Assembly: GCA_028718865.1 (NCBI GenBank)
Contig: JAQUKX010000001.1
Location: forward strand, 67 to 64,066
Source: Patescibacteria group bacterium
Lineage (GTDB): Bacteria > Patescibacteriota > Patescibacteriia > UBA1558 > GWA2-36-10
DNA length: 64,000 nucleotides
Reading direction: 5' to 3'
This document shows, piece by piece, positions 1 through 8,806 of this stretch. The notes below the pieces were generated by a model. The model was not told where the DNA came from and did no database searches. It was given only the letters and a program-made list of their open reading frames with translations. A program made the position numbers and the translations under genes. Within the stretch, counting starts at the first letter, position 1. Each line of letters starts with the position of its first letter.

Positions 1-455
1 TTGCGATCCTCTTCATCAGTAAACAAACGACGTTGGTCTATTACCGAGCTATCAATATCAATAAAATCTTCAGTAACAGCAAAAATCAAAGGCCGCTTGG
101 TATTGCCTTCCCAAGCCAAAACTTCCTGGGCAGTAATAGCTGAATAAGCCTTGTCTATATAAGGCAAAGCCAAAATATCATGACGGTCTTTTTCCGTCAT
201 TGTAGTAATGACAATGCCCTGCACCTGTCCGACCGCTCCCCCGCTGGAGCTAGGCACTCTTACTTCCGCTTGTATCATATCCGAACCAAAACTGGCCATC
301 TGATCATAGACCAATTTTTCCATGCTTTCACCAGCCGAAATTATAACTGTCACTGAAGAAATACCTATGACCACACCCAAAATAGTAAGCAGAGTTCTTA
401 ACCTGTTTTTCTTCAAAGCCCCAATAGAAATTTTTAAAACATCATTTACTCGCAT
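1..455 (-). CDS. ABC transporter permease, MacB/FtsX family, second paralog; the 3' end is truncated by the window start
   Basis: Manual minus-strand translation from the ATG at 453-455 gives MRVNDVLKISIGALKKNRLRTLLTILGVVIGISSVTVIISAGE... This matches the N-terminal TM and the MacB periplasmic core of the neighbouring permease. No stop codon occurs before position 1. The supplied ORF track does not contain it because it is truncated. Confidence 0.6.
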   Translation of the reverse strand, partial: MRVNDVLKISIGALKKNRLRTLLTILGVVIGISSVTVIISAGESMEKLVYDQMASFGSDMIQAEVRVPSSSGGAVGQVQGIVITTMTEKDRHDILALPYIDKAYSAITAQEVLAWEGNTKRPLIFAVTEDFIDIDSSVIDQRRLFTDEEDR

Positions 456-460
456 TTTAT

Positions 461-1702
461 TTATTCATAACGCAAGGCGTCTATAGGATCTAACTTGGCT
501 GCTTTTTGCGCCGGATACCAGCCAAAAGCCAAAGCTACCAGCAAAGTAAAGGAAGTGGCTAAAATAATAGAAGATAAAGGAATGATAAATTCCCAGTCAT
601 AGCCCAAAGCTTTGGCTATCACGCTAATTAAAAAAGAAATAAAAATACCGCTAAATATGCCTATTATTCCGCCCAAAGCTGTCAATATCAAAGTCTGGAT
701 AAGAAAATGCCGGCTAATATCCCGACGCCTGGCGCCAACAGCTTTGCGCAAACCAATTTCTCTAGTGCTTTCTGAAACCGACACCAGCATGATATTCATA
801 ATACCAATACCGCCCACCAACAAAGAAATAGCCGCCACTGCCCCCAAAAAATAATTAAGAGCATTGGTAATATCAGTCAAAACATCCAGACCCTGTTCAG
901 CCGAACGCACAGAAAAATCATCATCTTTGGGATCATCAATATTGTGCCGGTCTCTCAAAATCGCCTCTACTTCTGCTACCACCACATCTGCATCGGCTCC
1001 TGGCGCTATTTTGGCGCGGGCAAAACTCAAATAATTGATTCCCAGCATTATTCTCTGGGCAGTGGCTATAGGAATAAAAACCTGATCATCCTGATTTTGA
1101 AAACCGACCATACCCCTTTCTTTCATTACTCCTATTATTCGAAAGGTTTCGTCATTTATCCTTATCCGCTCGCCCAGAGGATTGACATTGCCAAAAAGAT
1201 CAGTAGCCACCAAAGAGCCTATGACCGCTACTCTAGCCAAGCTGCGATCATCTTCTTCAGAAAAAAAATAACCACTGGCTACTTCCGCGCCGGTTTCTAC
1301 TCGAAGATAATTCGGTGAAACGCCCAAAAAACTGCTGTCTCGCGATTTATTTTGCCAGTTCAAAATAGCTACGCCTCGGACATAGCCAGTGGCAGCGATT
1401 ATTTCCGGCACTTGGCTCTCTATGGCTCTGATATCATCATTGACCAAAGTAGTGATGTTTATGCCCATCACTGCAGCCGGCGGACCGCTATCATCGCTAG
1501 CTCCAGGCAAAATACCCAAGAGATCCACCCCTATACCCTCTACCTGCTTAAAAACCAAATTCTGCGCGCCAGCACCGCCAGACATGATAATAATCACTGA
1601 GGAAATGCCAATGATAATGCCCAAAGACGTCAAAAAAGAGCGCATCTTGTGAGCTTTTAGGGTTTTAAAGATTTGAGAATAATAAGACAAATCCAGTAGC
1701 AT
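461..1702 (-). CDS. ABC transporter permease (MacB-like periplasmic core domain plus FtsX C-terminal 4-TM domain)
   Basis: 413 aa. An N-terminal TM is followed by a large extracytoplasmic domain and a C-terminal FtsX-like helix bundle (…LRKAVGARRRDI…). It sits directly downstream of the ABC ATPase. Confidence 0.8.
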   Translation of the reverse strand: MLLDLSYYSQIFKTLKAHKMRSFLTSLGIIIGISSVIIIMSGGAGAQNLVFKQVEGIGVDLLGILPGASDDSGPPAAVMGINITTLVNDDIRAIESQVPEIIAATGYVRGVAILNWQNKSRDSSFLGVSPNYLRVETGAEVASGYFFSEEDDRSLARVAVIGSLVATDLFGNVNPLGERIRINDETFRIIGVMKERGMVGFQNQDDQVFIPIATAQRIMLGINYLSFARAKIAPGADADVVVAEVEAILRDRHNIDDPKDDDFSVRSAEQGLDVLTDITNALNYFLGAVAAISLLVGGIGIMNIMLVSVSESTREIGLRKAVGARRRDISRHFLIQTLILTALGGIIGIFSGIFISFLISVIAKALGYDWEFIIPLSSIILATSFTLLVALAFGWYPAQKAAKLDPIDALRYE

Positions 1703-1703
1703 G

Positions 1704-2414
1704 CTATTTTAAATTTCCATTTAGAGTCTGGGCGTCAATAATGTCTTTGTTGACTTCATCGCTGATAATCTGGCCGTCTTTTATTTTTATAATCCGATGC
1801 GAATAGCGGGCTGTGGCGTTTTCGTGGGTGACCAAAATCACTGTTTTGCCCATCTTGTTGAGTGAATCCAAAATCGCCATGATTTGAATGCCTGACTTGG
1901 AATCAAGATTGCCCGTTGGCTCATCAGCAAAAATAATCTCCGGATTATTGACCAAAGCGCGAGCAATAGCTACCCGTTGTTTTTCACCGCCTGATAGCTG
2001 ATTGGAAAGATAATCACGCCTATGTTCCAGATCAACGCTTTTGATAGCTTTGTCTACGTCTTTGAAATTGACCTTGTCTCGACTATAGAGCAAAGGCAGA
2101 CGGACATTTTCCCAAACACTGGTTTTGGGCAGTAGATTGAAGCTCTGAAAAACAAAACCGACTTTTTTGTTGCGATAAGAAGCCAAAGTATCATCGTCAA
2201 ATTGACTGACGTCTTTGTTGTCGAAATAATAATGCCCACTGCTAATATTATCCAAAAATCCCAAGATGTGCATCAAAGTAGACTTGCCTGATCCCGACGG
2301 TCCCATAATAGCCAAAAACTCGCCTCTTTTTATTTTGAGATTTATTTTATGCAGGACTTTGGTTACTACTTCACCGCTGACAAACTCCTTGTAAACATCT
2401 TTTAGCTCTATCAT
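1704..2414 (-). CDS. ABC transporter ATP-binding protein (MacB/LolD-like)
   Basis: Walker [13 protein letters not shown] signature [15 protein letters not shown], Walker [13 protein letters not shown], and H-loop. Confidence 0.9.
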   Translation of the reverse strand: MIELKDVYKEFVSGEVVTKVLHKINLKIKRGEFLAIMGPSGSGKSTLMHILGFLDNISSGHYYFDNKDVSQFDDDTLASYRNKKVGFVFQSFNLLPKTSVWENVRLPLLYSRDKVNFKDVDKAIKSVDLEHRRDYLSNQLSGGEKQRVAIARALVNNPEIIFADEPTGNLDSKSGIQIMAILDSLNKMGKTVILVTHENATARYSHRIIKIKDGQIISDEVNKDIIDAQTLNGNLK

Positions 2415-2460
2415 ATGGCTAATGGCTTATGGCTTATGGCTTATGGCTAATGGCCTATAG
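2415..2460 (-). promoter_or_regulatory. Tandem heptamer motif (AGCCATA/AGCCATT, six copies on the mRNA strand) immediately 5' of the ABC ATPase start codon
   Basis: Plus strand reads atggctaatggcttatggcttatggcttatggctaatggcc. The same motif recurs upstream of the rplF, rpsH, rplN and rpsS starts. Confidence 0.4.
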
Positions 2461-2465
2461 TAAAT

Positions 2466-4121
2466 TTAATTTCTAATATAAGTAATGACTTCCTCGCCAG
2501 CTTTGACGCCTGAAATTATCTCTACCAAACCGCCATCGCCTCTTAGTCCCACCACCACCTCTTTTTCTGCTAATTGGCCATTTTCCAAAACTTGAATATA
2601 CCTTTTATCTTCTCGGAAAATCACTGAACGGGAAGGAGCCAAAACGACATTTTCTCGGCTGTCAGTCCTGATTCTTAAATCAGCCGTCATGCCTGGCTTG
2701 ATACGCTCGTCTTCTTTGGCAAAGCTAATAGTAGTGCGGAAATAAACTACGCCTTCACTGCGGGTCGAAGCTGGATCAATAAAAGTGACTATACCGGCGA
2801 ATTTTTCCTGACTGGAAAAAGCATCCAAAATGATTTCTACTTCATCGCCAATTTTGAGCTTGACGATGTCCGACTCTGGAACATCTACTCTGATTTCCAT
2901 CTCACTTAGTCCAATGATGGAAATAAAGCTCTGACCAGCCAAAGCTTGCTCACCTCTACTCAAGTCCGCTTTAGTCACTACGCCATCAACCGGTGATCTT
3001 AAAATTGTCTCGTTATAATCGCTGGAAACCCGCGACAGAGATGCTTCGGCTTGCCTGACTCTGGCCTGGGCAGCTTCAATTTGAAAATCCCGTGGCGGCG
3101 ACTTCTTCAGCTCCAAACGCGCCTCAATCAAGTTCATATTCATCAAAGCCAACTCCAGGCTATTTTGCGCATCACTCAAACTATTTTTATAATGCAAATC
3201 CCGACCGCGGATATCGGCGGCAGCAGCGGTGATAGCACTGCTAGCTGCTCCTACAGCCGAACTCTGAACATTGATGCTTGATTTATAATTTTCTATAGCC
3301 GCCGTAGTGTAAACACCATTGACAATAGTTGCCTGCATTACTTCAAAAGTCCTAGACAAAGTAAAAGCCGTACTGTCAGCTGCCTGACCAAGGGCATCCA
3401 AAGCTGTCAAAATATCAAGCTGACTGCGGGTGTTTTGAGCTCGGTCAAAATCTGTCTTGGCTACTTGATACAAGTTGTTGGTATTTTGATAAGCGCTTTT
3501 AGCCTGACTCAGAGCTGTGATATCACTGACATAGAGATCACGCTGGGCATCAGAGCTCAAAATAGCCTGAGAAACCAAATTCAAAGAGTAATTGACTACA
3601 AAAAGCTTATCAGTCAAAACTGCCAAAGCTTTTTGGCGCAAAGTTTCCATTTCCTGATCACGACTTCTCTGTAAATTGCCAATAGAATCTTGGGCAGCCT
3701 GATAAGAAGTCTGCGCACTGGCTAACTCCTGCTCAGTCACCCTTATATCCTCAGCGCTGGCGCCGGCTAAAAGCTCAGCCAAATTAGCCCGAGCCAAAGA
3801 CACATTGGCCTGGGCATCTGCTACTTGAGAAGCAGCTGCTCCGGCTGATAAGCTGGCCAGCACTTGGCCGGCCTCTACTTGATCGCCGACTTTGACATTT
3901 ACTTCCCGCAAAGTGCCGCTACGGCCAAAGCTAAGATTGATTTCTTCAGCTGCTCGGACTGAACCGCTGATTTCCACAGTTTGGGTCAAATCACCGATTA
4001 TTACTTTTTCCGTCACATAATTACTTTCTTCTTTGGCCAGAAAACGAGACAGACCAAAGCCCAAAATAACCAATAAAATCACTGACCAAATCCAAAACTT
4101 TTTCTTTTTGAAAAATTTCAT
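2466..4121 (-). CDS. HlyD-family periplasmic adaptor (membrane fusion protein) of the MacAB-like efflux system
   Basis: 551 aa. An N-terminal TM is followed by a long Ala/Gln-rich coiled-coil hairpin and then a beta-barrel/lipoyl-like C-terminus (…GMTADLRI…). Confidence 0.8.
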   Translation of the reverse strand: MKFFKKKKFWIWSVILLVILGFGLSRFLAKEESNYVTEKVIIGDLTQTVEISGSVRAAEEINLSFGRSGTLREVNVKVGDQVEAGQVLASLSAGAAASQVADAQANVSLARANLAELLAGASAEDIRVTEQELASAQTSYQAAQDSIGNLQRSRDQEMETLRQKALAVLTDKLFVVNYSLNLVSQAILSSDAQRDLYVSDITALSQAKSAYQNTNNLYQVAKTDFDRAQNTRSQLDILTALDALGQAADSTAFTLSRTFEVMQATIVNGVYTTAAIENYKSSINVQSSAVGAASSAITAAAADIRGRDLHYKNSLSDAQNSLELALMNMNLIEARLELKKSPPRDFQIEAAQARVRQAEASLSRVSSDYNETILRSPVDGVVTKADLSRGEQALAGQSFISIIGLSEMEIRVDVPESDIVKLKIGDEVEIILDAFSSQEKFAGIVTFIDPASTRSEGVVYFRTTISFAKEDERIKPGMTADLRIRTDSRENVVLAPSRSVIFREDKRYIQVLENGQLAEKEVVVGLRGDGGLVEIISGVKAGEEVITYIRN

Positions 4122-4199
4122 AATTATACTTAAACACTGCTAAAAAATATCTTCAATATCCTTATATTATAGCGCAAATCAGCAAAAATTGCCAAACAA

Positions 4200-4223
4200 C
4201 CCAGCCCTTCGCGAAGGGCTGGG
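4200..4223 (-). terminator. Intrinsic terminator downstream of the pilin operon: the perfect 24-bp palindrome CCCAGCCCTTCGCGAAGGGCTGGG followed by a U-rich tract on the minus strand
   Basis: The palindrome is visible at 4200-4223. The minus strand continues UUGUUUGGCAAUUUUUGC. The element lies between the pilin 3' end (4255) and the HlyD start (4121). Confidence 0.55.
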
Positions 4224-4254
4224 TTGGGCTAGGTGTTTTCAAAAAAGTTATTTT

Positions 4255-4785
4255 TTAGCGGACAACACTAATAGGATTTGTTGGAGCAGTGCCATAAGTA
4301 GTGCAGGCACCTACTGTTATTACTCCCGTAGAGCTTCTACTAAAATAATAACCTGTGCCTGTGCCTGCTACCAATGTGCCACCACCAGGATCTGTAGGAA
4401 TTTGACCAAGATAACCTTCATCTACCAAATCTTTCAAGTGTACAGAGGCTGTTGTAGTGGCATAACCTGAATTAGCAAAACCGCAATTATTATCAGCAGC
4501 TGCAAAACCATTTGTAATATGATAAATACCGCCATCGGCAACAGCTGCTCCAGTTGTCAGAGTTGTTGTTGGAGCAGAACCGCCATTGTCAGCCACATAC
4601 AGCGCCCAAGCGCTGGCAATAGAGGTCACATCAGCCCATCTCTGGGCATCATTGGCTTCACCAATACGACGAGCCGGGTTAATGGCCACAAAAGTAGCTC
4701 CTGCCAAAAGGGCAATAATAGCTACAACGATGATAAGTTCTATCAAAGTAAAACCTTTTTTATTAAAAGATTTTTTCATAATCAT
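4255..4785 (-). CDS. Type IV major pilin paralog 1 (class III signal peptide, prepilin-type N-terminal cleavage/methylation domain)
   Basis: MIMKKSFNKK-G|FTLIELIIVVAIIALLAGATFVA has Phe+1 and Glu+5. The C-terminal globular domain contains Cys. Confidence 0.85.
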   Translation of the reverse strand: MIMKKSFNKKGFTLIELIIVVAIIALLAGATFVAINPARRIGEANDAQRWADVTSIASAWALYVADNGGSAPTTTLTTGAAVADGGIYHITNGFAAADNNCGFANSGYATTTASVHLKDLVDEGYLGQIPTDPGGGTLVAGTGTGYYFSRSSTGVITVGACTTYGTAPTNPISVVR

Positions 4786-4811
4786 CTTTATTAATAATTT
4801 AGTTTATATTT

Positions 4812-5300
4812 TTAGCGGGTAACCTGAATAACTACGTTTTCATAACTAACACAAGCGCCTACTTTTATAACTCCATTGGCATCAGCGTATAAATAATAAC
4901 CCGTACTATCCGCTGTAAAACCGCCTAATGGATCAGATGGTATTGCTCCTAAATAACCTTCTGACACTAGAGTGCTCAAATCTAAATAAGCGTCGGTGGT
5001 GGTAGCATGTGGGGTGGCAACTGCGCAATGCGTAGAACCGCTTCCTCCACTAGTTATTTGATAAGTAGTGCCAGGATTAGCTACTGCCGGAGCAGTACCT
5101 CCTTCATCAGCCACATAAAGAGCCCAAGCGCTAGCAATAGAAGTCACATCCGCCCATCTTTGGGCATTATTGGCTTCACCGATACGACGAGCCGGGTTGA
5201 TAGCCACAAAAGTAGCACCTGCCAAGAGGGCAATGATAGCTACCACGATGATAAGCTCTATCAAAGTAAAGCCTTTATTTTTTTTCAAAATTTTTTTCAT
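4812..5300 (-). CDS. Type IV major pilin paralog 2
   Basis: The N-terminal ~60 aa are identical to paralog 1 (KGFTLIELIIVVAIIALLAGATFVAINPARRIGEAN…). The C-terminal half diverges. Confidence 0.85.
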   Translation of the reverse strand: MKKILKKNKGFTLIELIIVVAIIALLAGATFVAINPARRIGEANNAQRWADVTSIASAWALYVADEGGTAPAVANPGTTYQITSGGSGSTHCAVATPHATTTDAYLDLSTLVSEGYLGAIPSDPLGGFTADSTGYYLYADANGVIKVGACVSYENVVIQVTR

Positions 5301-5334
5301 TTTTCTATACTTAATAATTTATCTATAATATATT

Positions 5335-5814
5335 TTAACGCATGACTTCTATAGGACCGCCAGCATAAGCGCTGGTATAGCAAGCGCCTATTCTCAATAC
5401 TCCATCATCCATGCGCAGATAATAGGCAGTGCGCGGACTAGTGGTGGCCGGATCACTAGGTATCTGGCCAATATAGCCGCCACTAATCAAGGAGCTAAGG
5501 TCTAAATATTGAACAGTGCTGGTAGCATCAGTGCCGTCAACACAATGACTAACCGGACTGGGAGTAATTGCTCCTCTGATTTGATAAACAACACCCGAGC
5601 TTAGAGAGGCTGGAAGCTCTCCGTAATTATCAGTCACATAAAGAGCCCAGGCATTGGCTACAGCCGTGATGTCAGTCCATCTTTGGGCATCATTGGCTTC
5701 ACCAATACGCTTGGCTGGGTTGAGAGCCACAAAAGTAGCGCCCGCCAAGAGGGCAATAATGGCTACCACGATTATAAGTTCTATCAAAGTAAAACCCTGT
5801 CTTTGTTTAATCAT
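5335..5814 (-). CDS. Type IV major pilin paralog 3
   Basis: QGFTLIELIIVVAIIALLAGATFVALNPAKRIGEANDAQRW… has a conserved N-terminus and a divergent C-terminus. Confidence 0.85.
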   Translation of the reverse strand: MIKQRQGFTLIELIIVVAIIALLAGATFVALNPAKRIGEANDAQRWTDITAVANAWALYVTDNYGELPASLSSGVVYQIRGAITPSPVSHCVDGTDATSTVQYLDLSSLISGGYIGQIPSDPATTSPRTAYYLRMDDGVLRIGACYTSAYAGGPIEVMR

Positions 5815-5905
5815 AAAATATTAACAATTCCAAATTTATCCAAAATATATATAAATATCAAAAAGATTACAGACTGATTATAGCATATTTTACTTTTAGC
5901 GCCAA

Positions 5906-7681
5906 CTAATTGGGCAAAACAAGCTGAAAATTGAACAAAGCACCATCAGCCGAAACACTATAATTGAGCAACTCATAAGGCTGCTCGGTCAAACGATTCA
6001 AATCTCCAGCCAAAACTCTCCAGTCAGAATCTAGAACCAATAAATCGGCTAATTTCTCCCAAGAAAACACCAGAAACTGGTAACGAAAAGTAGCCAAGAC
6101 CGTGCTCTGGCCAATGACAAAATCATCTTCCTGGGGATTGGCTTGGACTATCTCATAATCCAAAACCAAAGGCGCCAGGCCGTATTTGCTTTTATCCACA
6201 TAGGCGTCCAGATTGCCCAGAACCTGGCTTCTAGCTTCCTGCTCCATCAAATCCATCAGCTCATAATAATCCGCTTGCGGGTCGCTTTTATATCTATTGA
6301 TACTCACATGATGATATTCTCCCAAAATAAAATTGCTCCGGCTATTGTCAGGATTGCTACCCACAGTAAAATTGAATTGACCGGACGTTGGCGCTGGCCT
6401 GACTGGCTGCTCTAGAGATGGCGCTGGCAACTGGACCAAAGGAGATTTGCTTTGGAAAATAGAATAAATATGATCGCGAAAAACCAAAAGCAAAATTGCC
6501 AAAAGCAGCAAAAGCAAAAAGGCAAAATTGCGCCTTCTCAGCAGCCGGCTTTTGGCTTTTGACCAAAAAGAATCCGCCTGCTTCTGATCATCTAGCTCTT
6601 CATCATCAGTCAAAGCCGAACTGCCTTTTGGCTGGTCGGGCTTAATAACAACAAAAGATAGCTCTGGTTTTTGGTAAGCCAAAACCGCCAAACCCAAAGC
6701 ATTGATATATTTGACAGCAGAGATATCCGAGGGCAAATCTCGACTGTCAATCAAACTGGAGCCGACATAAGCCGGCAAAGATAAATTTTCACCAAAGTAC
6801 TTATCCAAGCCTTTCATCTGAGCCAATCCTCCTATCAAAACCACCTGCTCTATCGGCGCCTGATTTTGGCTATTGTAGTAGGCAATAAAAATCTTGAGCT
6901 CGTCAGCCAAAGGCTGTAGCTGCCCTTGGATAACCAGCATGGTCTGACCATCATCTACAGCTGTCAAGCCAATATTTCTTTTTTTGTCTTCAGCTGTTGT
7001 ATAAGAAACCCCCAATCTGTTGACCAAGGCCTGATTAATGGCATTACCACCGATATTGATATTGATGCTTTCTCTGATGCCATTTTTATTAAAAATACTG
7101 GCAATAGTGGTGCGAGCTCCCAAATCCAAAAGCAAAGTAACGCTCTTTTTATAATCCCCGGCCAAGCCGACAAAAGAGCTGACTGCCTCCGGTACAATTG
7201 ACTCTATAGCCAAGCCCAGCTCGGCAAAGACAGCGGAAAAATCAGCCAGCACATCAGCCGGACAGGCAAAAAATAAAACTTCTTTATTGCCGTTTTTAGC
7301 TGGCAAAAATTTCAAAGCAATTTTCAGCTGATCAAAAGCATAGGGAACAAAACTCTCCGCTTGATTGTAAACCGCGCTGACAATTTCTTTTTCTTTGAGA
7401 TTTTTGGGCAGAGAAAAAACCTTGGAGAAAATTTTGGATTGAGGAATAGATATTATCACCTTATTGTATTTTTCCATTGAAGATAAGCTGGCATTTTTGA
7501 GTAATGCCGCCAGTGCTTCTTTGAGCCGTGCTCTGTCCAAAATCCTACCGTCCTCCACTATCTCGGGTGACAGCCGGAAGCGGGAATAAGTTTTGAGCTT
7601 AAAACCATTTTTTTTCTTATCCAAAACCACCGCTTCTATGGAAAAATCAGAAATATCAATGCCGATAATTTCTTTGGCCAT
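5906..7681 (-). CDS. pilM: PilM-like actin-fold pilus assembly ATPase fused to a TM segment and a PilN/PilO-like extracytoplasmic domain
   Basis: The N-terminus MAKEIIGIDISDFSIEAVVL… is a typical PilM/FtsA fold covering ~350 aa. It is followed by a basic stretch, a TM helix (FAFLLLLLLAILLLVF) and a ~200-aa C-terminal domain. Confidence 0.7.
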   Translation of the reverse strand: MAKEIIGIDISDFSIEAVVLDKKKNGFKLKTYSRFRLSPEIVEDGRILDRARLKEALAALLKNASLSSMEKYNKVIISIPQSKIFSKVFSLPKNLKEKEIVSAVYNQAESFVPYAFDQLKIALKFLPAKNGNKEVLFFACPADVLADFSAVFAELGLAIESIVPEAVSSFVGLAGDYKKSVTLLLDLGARTTIASIFNKNGIRESININIGGNAINQALVNRLGVSYTTAEDKKRNIGLTAVDDGQTMLVIQGQLQPLADELKIFIAYYNSQNQAPIEQVVLIGGLAQMKGLDKYFGENLSLPAYVGSSLIDSRDLPSDISAVKYINALGLAVLAYQKPELSFVVIKPDQPKGSSALTDDEELDDQKQADSFWSKAKSRLLRRRNFAFLLLLLLAILLLVFRDHIYSIFQSKSPLVQLPAPSLEQPVRPAPTSGQFNFTVGSNPDNSRSNFILGEYHHVSINRYKSDPQADYYELMDLMEQEARSQVLGNLDAYVDKSKYGLAPLVLDYEIVQANPQEDDFVIGQSTVLATFRYQFLVFSWEKLADLLVLDSDWRVLAGDLNRLTEQPYELLNYSVSADGALFNFQLVLPN

Positions 7682-7702
7682 AATAAATAATAATTTATAT
7701 CT

Positions 7703-8797
7703 TTATTCTACTACAGTTATATTCAAATACATAGAGTAGTCGCCAGCGTATTCGTAAGATCTGATAGAAAGCTCTCGGCTATAGCCTGCTCCTGGATCTT
7801 CCACACCTATGAGAAATCTGGTTTTGCCGGTCTTGTTGATATAAGCCAATTGGCCTGATGTCAGTTTATAAAAATACCAGCCGGCTGATAAAAAAGTGCC
7901 ATTGTGGATAATATGCCACTGACTACCGGAAAAAACCTGAATATAAAAAGTCTTGGTCGGTTGAGCGGTCTTGGGCGGAGCACCGGTAGTATAATCATGC
8001 AAATATAAATAAAGATCCGCTTCCAAGATAACTGCATCATCTGACAAAGCACTGGTATTGATATCAGCATAAGAAAAAGAAGTGACCGCTGGCTCAAAAA
8101 CGGCATTATAGGTTGCCAATAGCGTTGTGGCATCATCAACTGTTCCTTGAGTAGTGTGCACATACCAATCATCACTGCCAGCAGCTATCTGATAATCATA
8201 GATTGGACACTCGCCGCAATCCTCTGGACAAGTCTGGCAATTTTCCTCTCCATTACAGCTGGCATCGCCGCAATAAGCCGACGATACATAATCAGGCAAG
8301 GCTGCGCGAGCAGTGAGCTCTAGAGCTGTGCCATAGCTCTGGCAGGCGCCAAAGACAATCTGTCTATCCCCTTGACGGCTGATATAATAGCCCGAGTCTA
8401 GAGCTGATTCTTTGCTTGGATCAACTGGCAAGCTGGAGAGATAATTTGTTAAAAAATCACCACTGACCACTACGCAAGACAAGTTCTGACCGTCACAGCT
8501 CAAAGTCGCAGCACTGGAACATAATACCCGCTTTTCTCCTTGAGCCAAGTCTTCCAAATCAAAAAACTCCGGCAGCTCGTCATTGTCTAATTGATAAAGC
8601 TCTATAGCTCGAGAAATTCTGGCCAAGTCTTCGACTCTTTTGGCATCTTGGGCTTTGCCAATTTTATCTTCAGAATTGACTGATAAAAAGACTACTAGGG
8701 AAACAATAGCCAAAATCGCGACTGCCAATACCACCTCCATCAGTCCAAAGGCCTGGCGATTTTCAATTATTTTATTTTTCTTGCTATATTTTTTCAT
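7703..8797 (-). CDS. Minor pilin-like protein with a Cys-rich C-terminal region
   Basis: The N-terminus …RQA|FGLMEVVLAVAILAIV is prepilin-like with Glu+5 if cleaved after Ala. The C-terminus contains CGDASCNGEENCQTCPEDCGECP. Confidence 0.5.
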   Translation of the reverse strand: MKKYSKKNKIIENRQAFGLMEVVLAVAILAIVSLVVFLSVNSEDKIGKAQDAKRVEDLARISRAIELYQLDNDELPEFFDLEDLAQGEKRVLCSSAATLSCDGQNLSCVVVSGDFLTNYLSSLPVDPSKESALDSGYYISRQGDRQIVFGACQSYGTALELTARAALPDYVSSAYCGDASCNGEENCQTCPEDCGECPIYDYQIAAGSDDWYVHTTQGTVDDATTLLATYNAVFEPAVTSFSYADINTSALSDDAVILEADLYLYLHDYTTGAPPKTAQPTKTFYIQVFSGSQWHIIHNGTFLSAGWYFYKLTSGQLAYINKTGKTRFLIGVEDPGAGYSRELSIRSYEYAGDYSMYLNITVVE

Positions 8798-8806
8798 ATA
8801 TTTTAT

